From Eubacteriales bacterium (lineage in GTDB: Bacteria > Bacillota > Clostridia > Oscillospirales > CAG-382): 41,878 bases of DNA. The notes under the pieces are model-generated. The model was not told the DNA's origin and ran no database searches. It saw only the letters and a list, made by a program, of their open reading frames with translations. The translations under genes were made by a program, and so were the position numbers. Below are positions 25,287 to 31,678 of this stretch, piece after piece. The stretch is taken from assembly GCA_045651025.1 (NCBI GenBank), contig JAZRRU010000070.1, positions 1 through 41,878 of the forward strand, in the 5' to 3' direction. Positions within the stretch are counted from its first letter, which is position 1; each line of letters opens with the position of its first letter.

Positions 25287-25410
25287 AATAATAATCCCCT
25301 TTCGAGAGTTGGTTACATATCCTATTAATGAATATTCGGCATACCAAAAACGTGTCCGAAGTAAAAAGAAAAGGAACTTAACGTAATTGCACGTTTTTTA
25401 TGCCTTCTAT

Positions 25411-25439
25411 ATAATAAACCTTTTGTCGTTTTATGTCAA
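25411..25439 (-). promoter_or_regulatory. sigma-A promoter for rpe and the VanY-type gene
   Basis: Minus strand reads TTGACA (25439-25434), 17-nt spacer, TATTAT (25416-25411). This leaves a leader of about 125 nt. Confidence 0.6.
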
Positions 25440-25465
25440 TAAAGTTTGCACAAACTTTGTTTTCA

Positions 25466-25792
25466 TCAAAAAATATTTTTGAAGGTCGGATTTTCGCTGT
25501 CCTTTATCTCAAGAATCGCCTCGCGGAACCGAAGAACGGCCTCTCCGTCCTCGATGGGTGTTTCCGAATTAAGATTCTCCGCCTCCCCCATCGTAACGTC
25601 AATTTCCGCGTCGCGTACGAAAATCGAAATATATCCGCTTTTCTCGTTCCAGAGATTTTTCGCTTCGTTTATCTTGCCCTCGTCGATGAGACTCGTGATA
25701 TCGTCGCAGACCGAGCAGATGTAGACCGAATTGATGACGGTGAAGATTATAATTAAAAGGAGTATTGTCAAAGCGGTTATAAAATTTCCCAT
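25466..25792 (-). CDS. small membrane-anchored protein, DUF4363-like (usual partner of DUF421/YetF genes)
   Basis: Start taken at MGNFITALT (ATG 25792, GGGAGAG RBS, 1 nt after the upstream stop). It has a single N-terminal TM helix. The family call rests on size, position and memory of the pairing. Confidence 0.55.
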   Translation of the reverse strand: MGNFITALTILLLIIIFTVINSVYICSVCDDITSLIDEGKINEAKNLWNEKSGYISIFVRDAEIDVTMGEAENLNSETPIEDGEAVLRFREAILEIKDSENPTFKNIF

Positions 25793-25793
25793 A

Positions 25794-26264
25794 TTACTCT
25801 CCCGATTGATTCGGAGCGGCATCCTCTTTCGGAAGAATGCTCATCTTTCCCGTGCGTTCAAGAATCACCTTTTCGACCTCGCTCAGGTTCGAAAAACCGT
25901 TTATGCGTACCTGTGCTTCGACGTCCTCGGTGGAAATTCGGACGGTCGTGAGGTTCTCCTCGTTGAATTTTTCGTTTTCAAACAACACGACGGGATTTCC
26001 GTTGAGAAAAACGCGGAATTTTTTGCTCTTCTGACTCGCAAAAGAAACGATGACCTCGATGGAAGAAATTATCAAAAGCGGAAGCGCGCCGTGGAGCAGG
26101 GGAACGTCTGTGTCGGTAACGGGAAGAACGGCGAGCTCGGAAAGCAAGACCGTCGTGACGAGCTCCGAGACCTGCATTTCGCCGATCTGACGCTTTCCCA
26201 TCAGCTTCATCATAGCCATCAGCAAAATATAAAAAATGAAAGCGCGTATTGTAGTAACAGTCAT
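25794..26264 (-). CDS. DUF421 (YetF-like) membrane protein
   Basis: N-terminal TM helices with MGKRQIGEMQVSELVTTVLLSE, characteristic of the DUF421 family, plus a soluble C-terminal domain. Confidence 0.7.
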   Translation of the reverse strand: MTVTTIRAFIFYILLMAMMKLMGKRQIGEMQVSELVTTVLLSELAVLPVTDTDVPLLHGALPLLIISSIEVIVSFASQKSKKFRVFLNGNPVVLFENEKFNEENLTTVRISTEDVEAQVRINGFSNLSEVEKVILERTGKMSILPKEDAAPNQSGE

Positions 26265-26319
26265 CGTTTCACCTCTTGACTATATTTTCCCAAACGTTTT
26301 TGCATTTATTCGGAAATAC

Positions 26320-26348
26320 TTGACTTGTTGTGTAAAAACAGTTAGAAT
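26320..26348 (+). promoter_or_regulatory. sigma-A promoter for the C_GCAxxG_C_C gene
   Basis: TTGACT (26320-26325), 17-nt spacer, TAGAAT (26343-26348). Confidence 0.65.
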
Positions 26349-26377
26349 AATGGGGAAATTTGATTTGAGGTGTGTTT

Positions 26378-26833
26378 ATGAATCACGTAGATAGAGCAGA
26401 AGAGCTTTTTAACTCGGGATATAACTGTGCGCAGTCGGTCGTTTGTGCTTTTTGTGATGAGATAGGCGTGGATTTCGAGACTGCATTGAAGCTTTCCTCG
26501 TCCTTTGGTGCGGGAATGGGTATGCTCCGCGAGGTTTGCGGTGCGCTAACGGGCGCTTTTATGGTCGCGGGCTTCCTCTGGGGCTATTCTGATAAAGATG
26601 ACCCCGCAAAAAAGACCGAGCATTATGCACTCATCCGCCGTATAGGTGAAGAGTTTAAGGAAATGAACACGACGTATATCTGCAAGGATCTTCTCGCGAA
26701 CATAAAAAATATAAGTATGTCTTCTCCCGCAAAACGCAACGCGGAATACTACGCTTCGCGCCCTTGCTGTAAATTTGTGGGCGATGCGGCTGAAATTCTC
26801 GATAAAATTATCGCCGAAAAGGCCGATAAATAG
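26378..26833 (+). CDS. C_GCAxxG_C_C family (putative redox-active) protein
   Basis: YNCAQSVVCAFC near the N-terminus and further conserved Cys residues (CGALTG, YICKD, RPCCKFV). The ATG at 26378 with a GAGGTG RBS is preferred over the GTG at 26372. Confidence 0.75.
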   Translation: MNHVDRAEELFNSGYNCAQSVVCAFCDEIGVDFETALKLSSSFGAGMGMLREVCGALTGAFMVAGFLWGYSDKDDPAKKTEHYALIRRIGEEFKEMNTTYICKDLLANIKNISMSSPAKRNAEYYASRPCCKFVGDAAEILDKIIAEKADK

Positions 26834-26851
26834 GGCATTTTTTGAATGCCG

Positions 26852-26895
26852 ATACCTTTTTTGAAAAAAATTTCAACTTTTTTCAAAAAAGGTAT
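26852..26895 (+). terminator. long hairpin/terminator downstream of the C_GCAxxG gene
   Basis: 12-bp perfect inverted repeat ATACCTTTTTTG ... CAAAAAAGGTAT enclosing an A/T-rich loop. A smaller GGCATT/AATGCC hairpin (26833-26850) precedes it. Confidence 0.5.
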
Positions 26896-26923
26896 TGCAA
26901 AATGCTTTCCGATGTGATATTAT
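26895..26923 (+). promoter_or_regulatory. sigma-A promoter (extended -10) for the tRNA array
   Basis: TTGCAA (26895-26900), 17-nt spacer ending in TGa, TATTAT (26918-26923), 28 nt upstream of the first tRNA. Confidence 0.65.
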
Positions 26924-26950
26924 AGTCAAGCGCGTTGACGCAGCCAATTT

Positions 26951-27027
26951 GGTTCGGTAGTTCAGTTGGTTAGAATGCCGCCCTGTCACGGCGGAGGTCG
27001 TGGGTTCGAGTCCCATCCGAATCGCCA
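26951..27027 (+). tRNA. tRNA-Asp (GTC), CCA encoded
   Basis: 77-nt cloverleaf: acceptor GGTTCGG/CCGAATC, anticodon loop CTGTCAC, T-arm GTGGG-TTCGAGT-CCCAT. Confidence 0.92.
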
Positions 27028-27069
27028 ACTTTTTTCAATCCTTTCCGTTTCAGCTGCTCCGCAAGACGT

Positions 27070-27145
27070 GCGGATTTAGCTCATTTGGTAGAGCGCCACC
27101 TTGCCAAGGTGGAGGTAGCGGGTTCGAGCCCCGTAATCCGCTCCA
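27070..27145 (+). tRNA. tRNA-Gly (GCC), CCA encoded
   Basis: 76-nt cloverleaf: acceptor GCGGATT/AATCCGC, anticodon stem CCACC/GGTGG with loop TTGCCAA. Confidence 0.92.
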
Positions 27146-27169
27146 GACTTGATCCGAAAGGATCGGTAT

Positions 27170-27243
27170 GGCGCCATAGCCAAGCGGTAAGGCAGAGGTC
27201 TGCAACACCTTTATCCCCAGTTCGATTCTGGGTGGCGCCTCCA
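27170..27243 (+). tRNA. tRNA-Cys (GCA), CCA encoded
   Basis: 74-nt cloverleaf: acceptor GGCGCCA/TGGCGCC, anticodon loop CTGCAAC, T-arm CCCAG-TTCGATT-CTGGG. Confidence 0.9.
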
Positions 27244-27279
27244 AGAAAAATACAACTTCATATATAAAACGTCTTTGAT

Positions 27280-27355
27280 GCTGATGTGGCACAGGTGGTA
27301 GCGCACATCCTTGGTAAGGATGAGGTCATGAGTTCGAGTCTCATCATCAGCTCCA
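27280..27355 (+). tRNA. tRNA-Thr (GGT), CCA encoded
   Basis: 76-nt cloverleaf: acceptor GCTGATG/CATCAGC, anticodon stem CATCC/GGATG with loop TTGGTAA. There is one mismatch in the D-stem. Confidence 0.85.
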
Positions 27356-27431
27356 GCGGATTTAGCTCATTTGGTAGAGCGCCACCTTGCCAAGGTGGAG
27401 GTAGCGGGTTCGAGCCCCGTAATCCGCTCCA
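27356..27431 (+). tRNA. tRNA-Gly (GCC), second identical copy
   Basis: Sequence identical to 27070-27145. It starts on the nucleotide after the CCA of tRNA-Thr. Confidence 0.92.
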
Positions 27432-27436
27432 AAAAT

Positions 27437-27513
27437 GGTTCGGTAGTTCAGTTGGTTAGAATGCCGCCCTGTCACGGCGGAGGTCGTGGGTTCGAGTCCC
27501 ATCCGAATCGCCA
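27437..27513 (+). tRNA. tRNA-Asp (GTC), second identical copy
   Basis: Sequence identical to 26951-27027. Confidence 0.92.
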
Positions 27514-27540
27514 TTGCTTTCCCAATCGGGAAAGCGATAT

Positions 27541-27616
27541 GCCTCTGTAGCTCAGTTGGTAGAGCAGGAGACTGAAAATCTCCGTGTCATTGGTTCAATT
27601 CCGATCGGAGGCACCA
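27541..27616 (+). tRNA. tRNA-Phe (GAA), CCA encoded
   Basis: 76-nt cloverleaf: acceptor GCCTCTG/CGGAGGC (one G-U pair), anticodon stem GGAGA/TCTCC with loop CTGAAAA. Confidence 0.9.
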
Positions 27617-27620
27617 AAAA

Positions 27621-27655
27621 GAAAAGTCACACATTGTGTGACTTTTTCTTTTTGT
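27621..27655 (+). terminator. rho-independent terminator of the tRNA array
   Basis: AGTCACAC-ATT-GTGTGACT hairpin followed by TTTTTCTTTTT. Confidence 0.8.
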
Positions 27656-27774
27656 ACTCTTCACTATTCTTTCTTCACTTTTCACTCTTCTCTAAAAATG
27701 TGTGACTTTTCCAGATAAAAGATAAGAGAGAAGAGATAAAAGAAAATGTGTGGCTCCGCCACAAATTTATAATC

Positions 27775-27803
27775 TTGCCGCTTCGCCGCTTTTGTGCTAT
27801 AAT
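27775..27803 (+). promoter_or_regulatory. sigma-A promoter (extended -10) for the AT-rich islet gene
   Basis: TTGCCG (27775-27780), 17-nt spacer ending in TGc, TATAAT (27798-27803). An AAGGTGGTGG RBS precedes the ATG at 27824. Confidence 0.6.
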
Positions 27804-27823
27804 ACATGTAAGGTGGTGGTTTT

Positions 27824-28297
27824 ATGAAAATATTAAAAAGAGCACTCGTGATATTATTGATTATTATATTTGCGTTACCTATTATTTCGTATATTGGCAT
27901 TGTTATTACAAATAACACAATCGCTGATAACATAGAAAAAGATTTAGTTGCATATCATTTGCCCTTAAACACAGAGTTAGTAGATTCGCTTTCGGCAGCA
28001 GGTAAGTTGAATGGTAACGGAAATGGTATGCAATATATGGGTACTATTCTTGTTGAGAGTGCTTTGAGTGAAGAAGAATTAGAGGAATATTACAGTTCTG
28101 AGTTTGATTATATTGAGGTAAGAAAACAAAAAACCGCAAATATTGATTTCATTCATCCCAGAAATTATAATTTTAATGGTTTTTCTAAAACAAATAAGAG
28201 GACATATTATTCCATAACTTGTTGGGACGATGATAGACGAGAGAAATTTGGCGAGTTTATCTCTGAATTGCTTGATTTTGATATCAGAGGTCATTAA
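27824..28297 (+). CDS. membrane-anchored hypothetical protein in a roughly 30% GC islet
   Basis: 157-aa ORF with a good promoter, RBS and terminator. It has an N-terminal TM helix. No family recognised. Confidence 0.55.
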   Translation: MKILKRALVILLIIIFALPIISYIGIVITNNTIADNIEKDLVAYHLPLNTELVDSLSAAGKLNGNGNGMQYMGTILVESALSEEELEEYYSSEFDYIEVRKQKTANIDFIHPRNYNFNGFSKTNKRTYYSITCWDDDRREKFGEFISELLDFDIRGH

Positions 28298-28333
28298 TAC
28301 TAAAAAAGGTAAATCTTATACTTCCCACAGACC

Positions 28334-28364
28334 AAAAAAGACCGTCATTGACGGTCTTTTTCTA
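28334..28364. terminator. bidirectional terminator between convergent genes
   Basis: AAAAAAGACCGTC-ATT-GACGGTCTTTTT between stops at 28297 (+) and 28375 (-). Confidence 0.8.
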
Positions 28365-28374
28365 TTTAACTGCC

Positions 28375-28956
28375 TCAAGCCTCCGCAAAAGCGAAATACC
28401 AACGCGAACCCGATTTTACGGTGACGTAATCGCGCGTCGTCTGGCTCTTGCCCGTAACGACGGTCATTCTGACAATGGCGATCTCGTCGATGTACTCGTT
28501 TCCGTTTTTAACTTTTTCGTTGTATTTTTTCATAGCGGACTCAAATTTGTTGTCTCCCTCTTTGTATCGGAGAACCGAAACGAGCCCGAATCGAATTTCC
28601 TCTTCCGTGTATTTCGGCTCGTACCCCTCGTATCCCTTTTCGAGATAAGATTTCAAAAGCGTGTCGTTCGTATCTCTGTGTCCGTAGAGAACGATTTTGT
28701 TATATTGCGACGAATATTCGATCATATTCCCGACGTCATAGAGAAGCGACGCCTTCTGGTATTCCGCGACCGCGGCTTCGGGACTTGATGCGCCCGAGAA
28801 TATCGCCGAGCCGAGGAGTATGACCCCGCCCGCAATAAGAACTCCGAGAATAGCGCAGAGAATATAGGTCAACCGCTTTTTCGCCTTTTTGCTCATCGGC
28901 GCCTTTTGCGGTTTGTTTTCTTCTTTCATATCAAAAATATCGATCTCGCCGTTCAT
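28375..28956 (-). CDS. membrane-anchored hypothetical protein (N-in TM helix plus extracytoplasmic globular domain)
   Basis: 193-aa ORF with a GGGAG RBS and its own consensus promoter. It has a Lys-rich N-terminus and one TM helix. No family recognised with confidence. Confidence 0.6.
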   Translation of the reverse strand: MNGEIDIFDMKEENKPQKAPMSKKAKKRLTYILCAILGVLIAGGVILLGSAIFSGASSPEAAVAEYQKASLLYDVGNMIEYSSQYNKIVLYGHRDTNDTLLKSYLEKGYEGYEPKYTEEEIRFGLVSVLRYKEGDNKFESAMKKYNEKVKNGNEYIDEIAIVRMTVVTGKSQTTRDYVTVKSGSRWYFAFAEA

Positions 28957-28982
28957 ATTTCTGCTCCCAAATCGTTTTGTTT

Positions 28983-29011
28983 ATAATACCATAAATAAAA
29001 ATGACTGTCAA
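28983..29011 (-). promoter_or_regulatory. sigma-A promoter for the 193-aa gene, embedded in the upstream terminator
   Basis: Minus strand reads TTGACA (29011-29006), 17-nt spacer, TATTAT (28988-28983). Confidence 0.65.
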
Positions 29012-29031
29012 TCATACGACTGACAGTCATT
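29000..29031 (-). terminator. terminator ending the phage-like operon
   Basis: 11-bp hairpin AATGACTGTCA-N10-TGACAGTCATT with a T-run on the minus strand, directly after the stop at 29036. Confidence 0.75.
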
Positions 29032-29035
29032 TTGT

Positions 29036-29365
29036 TTAATTTGAGGTATAAAGCCCGATAATTTCGTTTTTGATTCGCGAGCTGTTCTCGAGATGCTCGA
29101 TGTACGCTTCCTCCGCGTCGTCAAGCTCGCGCTCGTTGTCGCACCCTCGTGAGTGCTTGAGCATCGCAAAAAGCAGCTTGCTCATCTTTTCTTCGCTCTC
29201 AAGTCGGAGAATCTCGAGCCGTAACCTCTCGGCGCGCTTTTCCTCGGCGTCTTTTTTTGCTTTTTTGATCGCGACGGTGATGATAGCAGCGAAAATACTG
29301 CCCGAGATTCCTACCGAAGAAAAAACGATAGGGAACACCTCGCTCAAAAATTCAAGCCAGCTCAT
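29036..29365 (-). CDS. hypothetical protein: N-terminal TM helix plus charged coiled-coil tail (possible lysis accessory)
   Basis: 109-aa ORF downstream of the holin-like gene. It has a weak or absent SD and no recognised family. The call rests on position and coding-like composition. Confidence 0.4.
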   Translation of the reverse strand: MSWLEFLSEVFPIVFSSVGISGSIFAAIITVAIKKAKKDAEEKRAERLRLEILRLESEEKMSKLLFAMLKHSRGCDNERELDDAEEAYIEHLENSSRIKNEIIGLYTSN

Positions 29366-29413
29366 ATGTCGTACATAAGGTCATAAATGCAGTCAGCAAA
29401 GACCGATATGACC

Positions 29414-29749
29414 CTAAACATCATTTTCATCAGCGTCTTCATCCTCGGAACTACCTTTCGTATCATCCGTCTTTTTCATCTGCTTAACGATGTTGTTCGT
29501 GTACACGCTTGCCGCCGCGCAAAGCAATCCCTGCGTGATCCCTGCGTAAATTATCTCAAAAACGCCCATCGTGTCCGTCGGAAGATAACATGTCAGCTTG
29601 TATACCGTAACGAGCATAATGCCCATCACACCGAGTATAAGCGGTATGTACCTGTCCGAAACACTGCTCTTTTTTATCAGTACGCCGAGAACGTAGAGCA
29701 CGGGAACGATAATAAAAAGCTCACTCTCAATATAGTTGGAAAAATCCAT
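29414..29749 (-). CDS. phage holin-like protein
   Basis: 111 aa with three hydrophobic segments and a highly acidic C-terminal tail (SSEDEDADENDV). A GGAGG RBS precedes it. It is the last part of the structural operon, the usual holin position. Confidence 0.6.
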   Translation of the reverse strand: MDFSNYIESELFIIVPVLYVLGVLIKKSSVSDRYIPLILGVMGIMLVTVYKLTCYLPTDTMGVFEIIYAGITQGLLCAAASVYTNNIVKQMKKTDDTKGSSEDEDADENDV

Positions 29750-29758
29750 ATTTGCCTC

Positions 29759-31678
29759 CTATTTTAACATATTCACGGTTGTGTTCATGCCTTTTCCGCC
29801 TCCGCTCATGTTCCCGCCGGAGGAAGAGAGACGCAGAATCTTGAGATATCTGTCGACGTTCCCCTGTGGGATTCCGAGCTTTTGACAGCATTTTTTGAAC
29901 TCACTTTCGTCCTGCGCTGATGCGTAGATATAGTCAAGCTGTTTTTCGATCGCGACATCCTTCGCGGAGGTTTTCGCCGTTCTTTCATCCGCGCCCTGAA
30001 CGATGAGCTTGTTGTACTGCTCGCCGTAGATTTTTTCATAATGCTCTTTTGCATCGTAAGAAATGACCTGAACTTTCATGTCATCCGTGCTCGAGCTCGT
30101 GTATCCGTAGGATTTGAGCACGAGAAGAAGATCGTTAAGGTAATCCTCGTTCAGGTCGTAATTCTCACTGAGGTCAAGCAGGTATTTGTTCACGTAATAC
30201 ATCTGCTTGTCGCCATTGAGCGAGGTCTTTCCTCCGCTTGCGCTCGAAACGAGCTGTTTGCCGAGGTCTTTTGCGGTAATGCTCGGTGCGTAACCTTTGT
30301 TTTCGGTCGATTGGTTCTTGTTCGAGGAATTGCCCGACGAATTGTTTGAAGATGAATTTCCGTTCTGCGTCTTTTTTGCGTTCAGCTCAGCGTCGAGCAT
30401 CTGCTTTTTCATCTCCCAGCCGAGAAGCTCAAGCTCCTTCTTTGCACGAATCTCCGCTTCGTATTCCTCTTGCTTTGCCGCAAGCTCGGAAGCGCTTTTT
30501 TCTTTTGCCCACTGAAGCTCCTGCTGTTTCATCTCAAGCTCTGCTTGGAGCTGTTCCATGTCGGCTTTTATCTGTGCTTGGTATTTGTCCTTTTCGGCGC
30601 TTCTCTCTGCGGAATTTTCGAGCTGCTGTTGAATGAGCTCTTTGTTCTTCATTTCGAGCTCTGCTTGGAGCTTTTCCATATCCGCCTTGATCTGCGCTTC
30701 ATATTTTGCCTTGTCGGCGTCGCGGTTCGCAACGGCGTTTTCCTTTTCCCATTGGAACTCTTTGTCCCTCTGCGAAAGCTCTGCCTGAAGTCGTTCCATC
30801 TGTGCTCGGAGCTCTGCTTCGTATTTTGTCTTTTCTGCATCGCGGTTGGAAGAAGCGTTTTCCTTTTCCCATTGAAGCTCCTGCTGTTTCATCGCAAGCT
30901 CTGCTTGAAGCTTTTCCATATCCGCCTTGATCTGCGCTTCGTATTTTGCTTTTTCAGCAGCACGGTTAGAAACGTCATTCATTTTTTCCCATTGGAATTC
31001 TTTGTCCCTCTGTGAGAGCTCTGCCTGGAGACGTTCCATCTGTGCGCGGAGCTCGGCTTCGTATTTCGCTCTTTCCGCGTCGCGATTTGAAGAAGCGTTT
31101 TCTTTTTCCCATTGAAGCTCTTTATCCCTCTGCGAAAGCTCGTTCTGGTGGCGTTCCATTTCCGCCGCGAGAGAGGATTCTGCAAGATATTTTTCTTGCG
31201 CAAGCTTTGCGTCATCCTGCTCTTTTTGAAGCTCCATTCCCGCAATTTCCGCGTTGAGCTTGTTGCGTCTGTCGTGATAGTCGCTGATTTTTGCGGCTTG
31301 ATCGAACGCAAGCTCGTTTTTCTTGTCAGCAAACTGAAGCTCGATATCCTTCATGTTCGAGTTCTTTTTGCTTGCAAGCTCCGAAAAACGGTTCCCGAGA
31401 ATAATTCCCGAGTTGAGCTTCGCCTGCGCGGTCTCACCCGAAAATCCGAGTCCCCTTGCCGCGAGTGTATTAAGGGTGTTGCGCTCCTCGCGAGCGGTGT
31501 CGCTGTATGCTTGGTTCCTGTCGGCGCGGTATTGCGTTTCAATTTCGTTTTTTGCGTTCGTATGCTGATTCGAGAGGTTGCTGAGCGCGTTTTTATAGAG
31601 CTCGTTGAGCTTTTTCTCGTCTTCAGAATAACTCGCAAGCGCCGTTTTTAGGTTGTTGATTGTGTTATTGTAAGCCAT
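29759..31678 (-). CDS. phage-like 639-aa coiled-coil repeat protein (tail fibre/needle, or tape-measure/ejection-like)
   Basis: The central 245 aa are six tandem 40-aa repeats (M-E-R/K-L-Q-A-E-L-x-x-[RK]-x-K-E-[FL]-Q-W-E-K-E-N...K-Y-E-A-[EQ]-[LI]-[RK]-A). A Ser/Asn/Gly linker and a globular C-terminal domain follow. It overlaps the upstream gene by 14 nt. Confidence 0.7.
   Translation of the reverse strand: MAYNNTINNLKTALASYSEDEKKLNELYKNALSNLSNQHTNAKNEIETQYRADRNQAYSDTAREERNTLNTLAARGLGFSGETAQAKLNSGIILGNRFSELASKKNSNMKDIELQFADKKNELAFDQAAKISDYHDRRNKLNAEIAGMELQKEQDDAKLAQEKYLAESSLAAEMERHQNELSQRDKELQWEKENASSNRDAERAKYEAELRAQMERLQAELSQRDKEFQWEKMNDVSNRAAEKAKYEAQIKADMEKLQAELAMKQQELQWEKENASSNRDAEKTKYEAELRAQMERLQAELSQRDKEFQWEKENAVANRDADKAKYEAQIKADMEKLQAELEMKNKELIQQQLENSAERSAEKDKYQAQIKADMEQLQAELEMKQQELQWAKEKSASELAAKQEEYEAEIRAKKELELLGWEMKKQMLDAELNAKKTQNGNSSSNNSSGNSSNKNQSTENKGYAPSITAKDLGKQLVSSASGGKTSLNGDKQMYYVNKYLLDLSENYDLNEDYLNDLLLVLKSYGYTSSSTDDMKVQVISYDAKEHYEKIYGEQYNKLIVQGADERTAKTSAKDVAIEKQLDYIYASAQDESEFKKCCQKLGIPQGNVDRYLKILRLSSSGGNMSGGGKGMNTTVNMLK
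30434..31168 (-). repeat. in-frame tandem repeat, 120 bp x ~6 (alternating two 120-bp variants, so a ~240-bp super-repeat)
   Basis: Codons for aa 171-415 of the 639-aa protein. Met recurs at aa 174/214/254/294/334/374, and Trp at aa 190/230/270/310/390. Confidence 0.85.

Noticed and set aside
27050-27705. ORFs 27050-27292 (-), 27085-27267 (+) and 27514-27705 (+)
   Set aside because: They run straight through tRNA genes and the array terminator, so they are not coding.
30434-31168. Regular 120-bp repeats that could superficially suggest a CRISPR-like or satellite array
   Set aside because: The repeats are contiguous with no unique spacers, stay in frame, and encode a coherent 40-aa coiled-coil unit inside a 639-aa ORF. 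No cas genes are present in the window.
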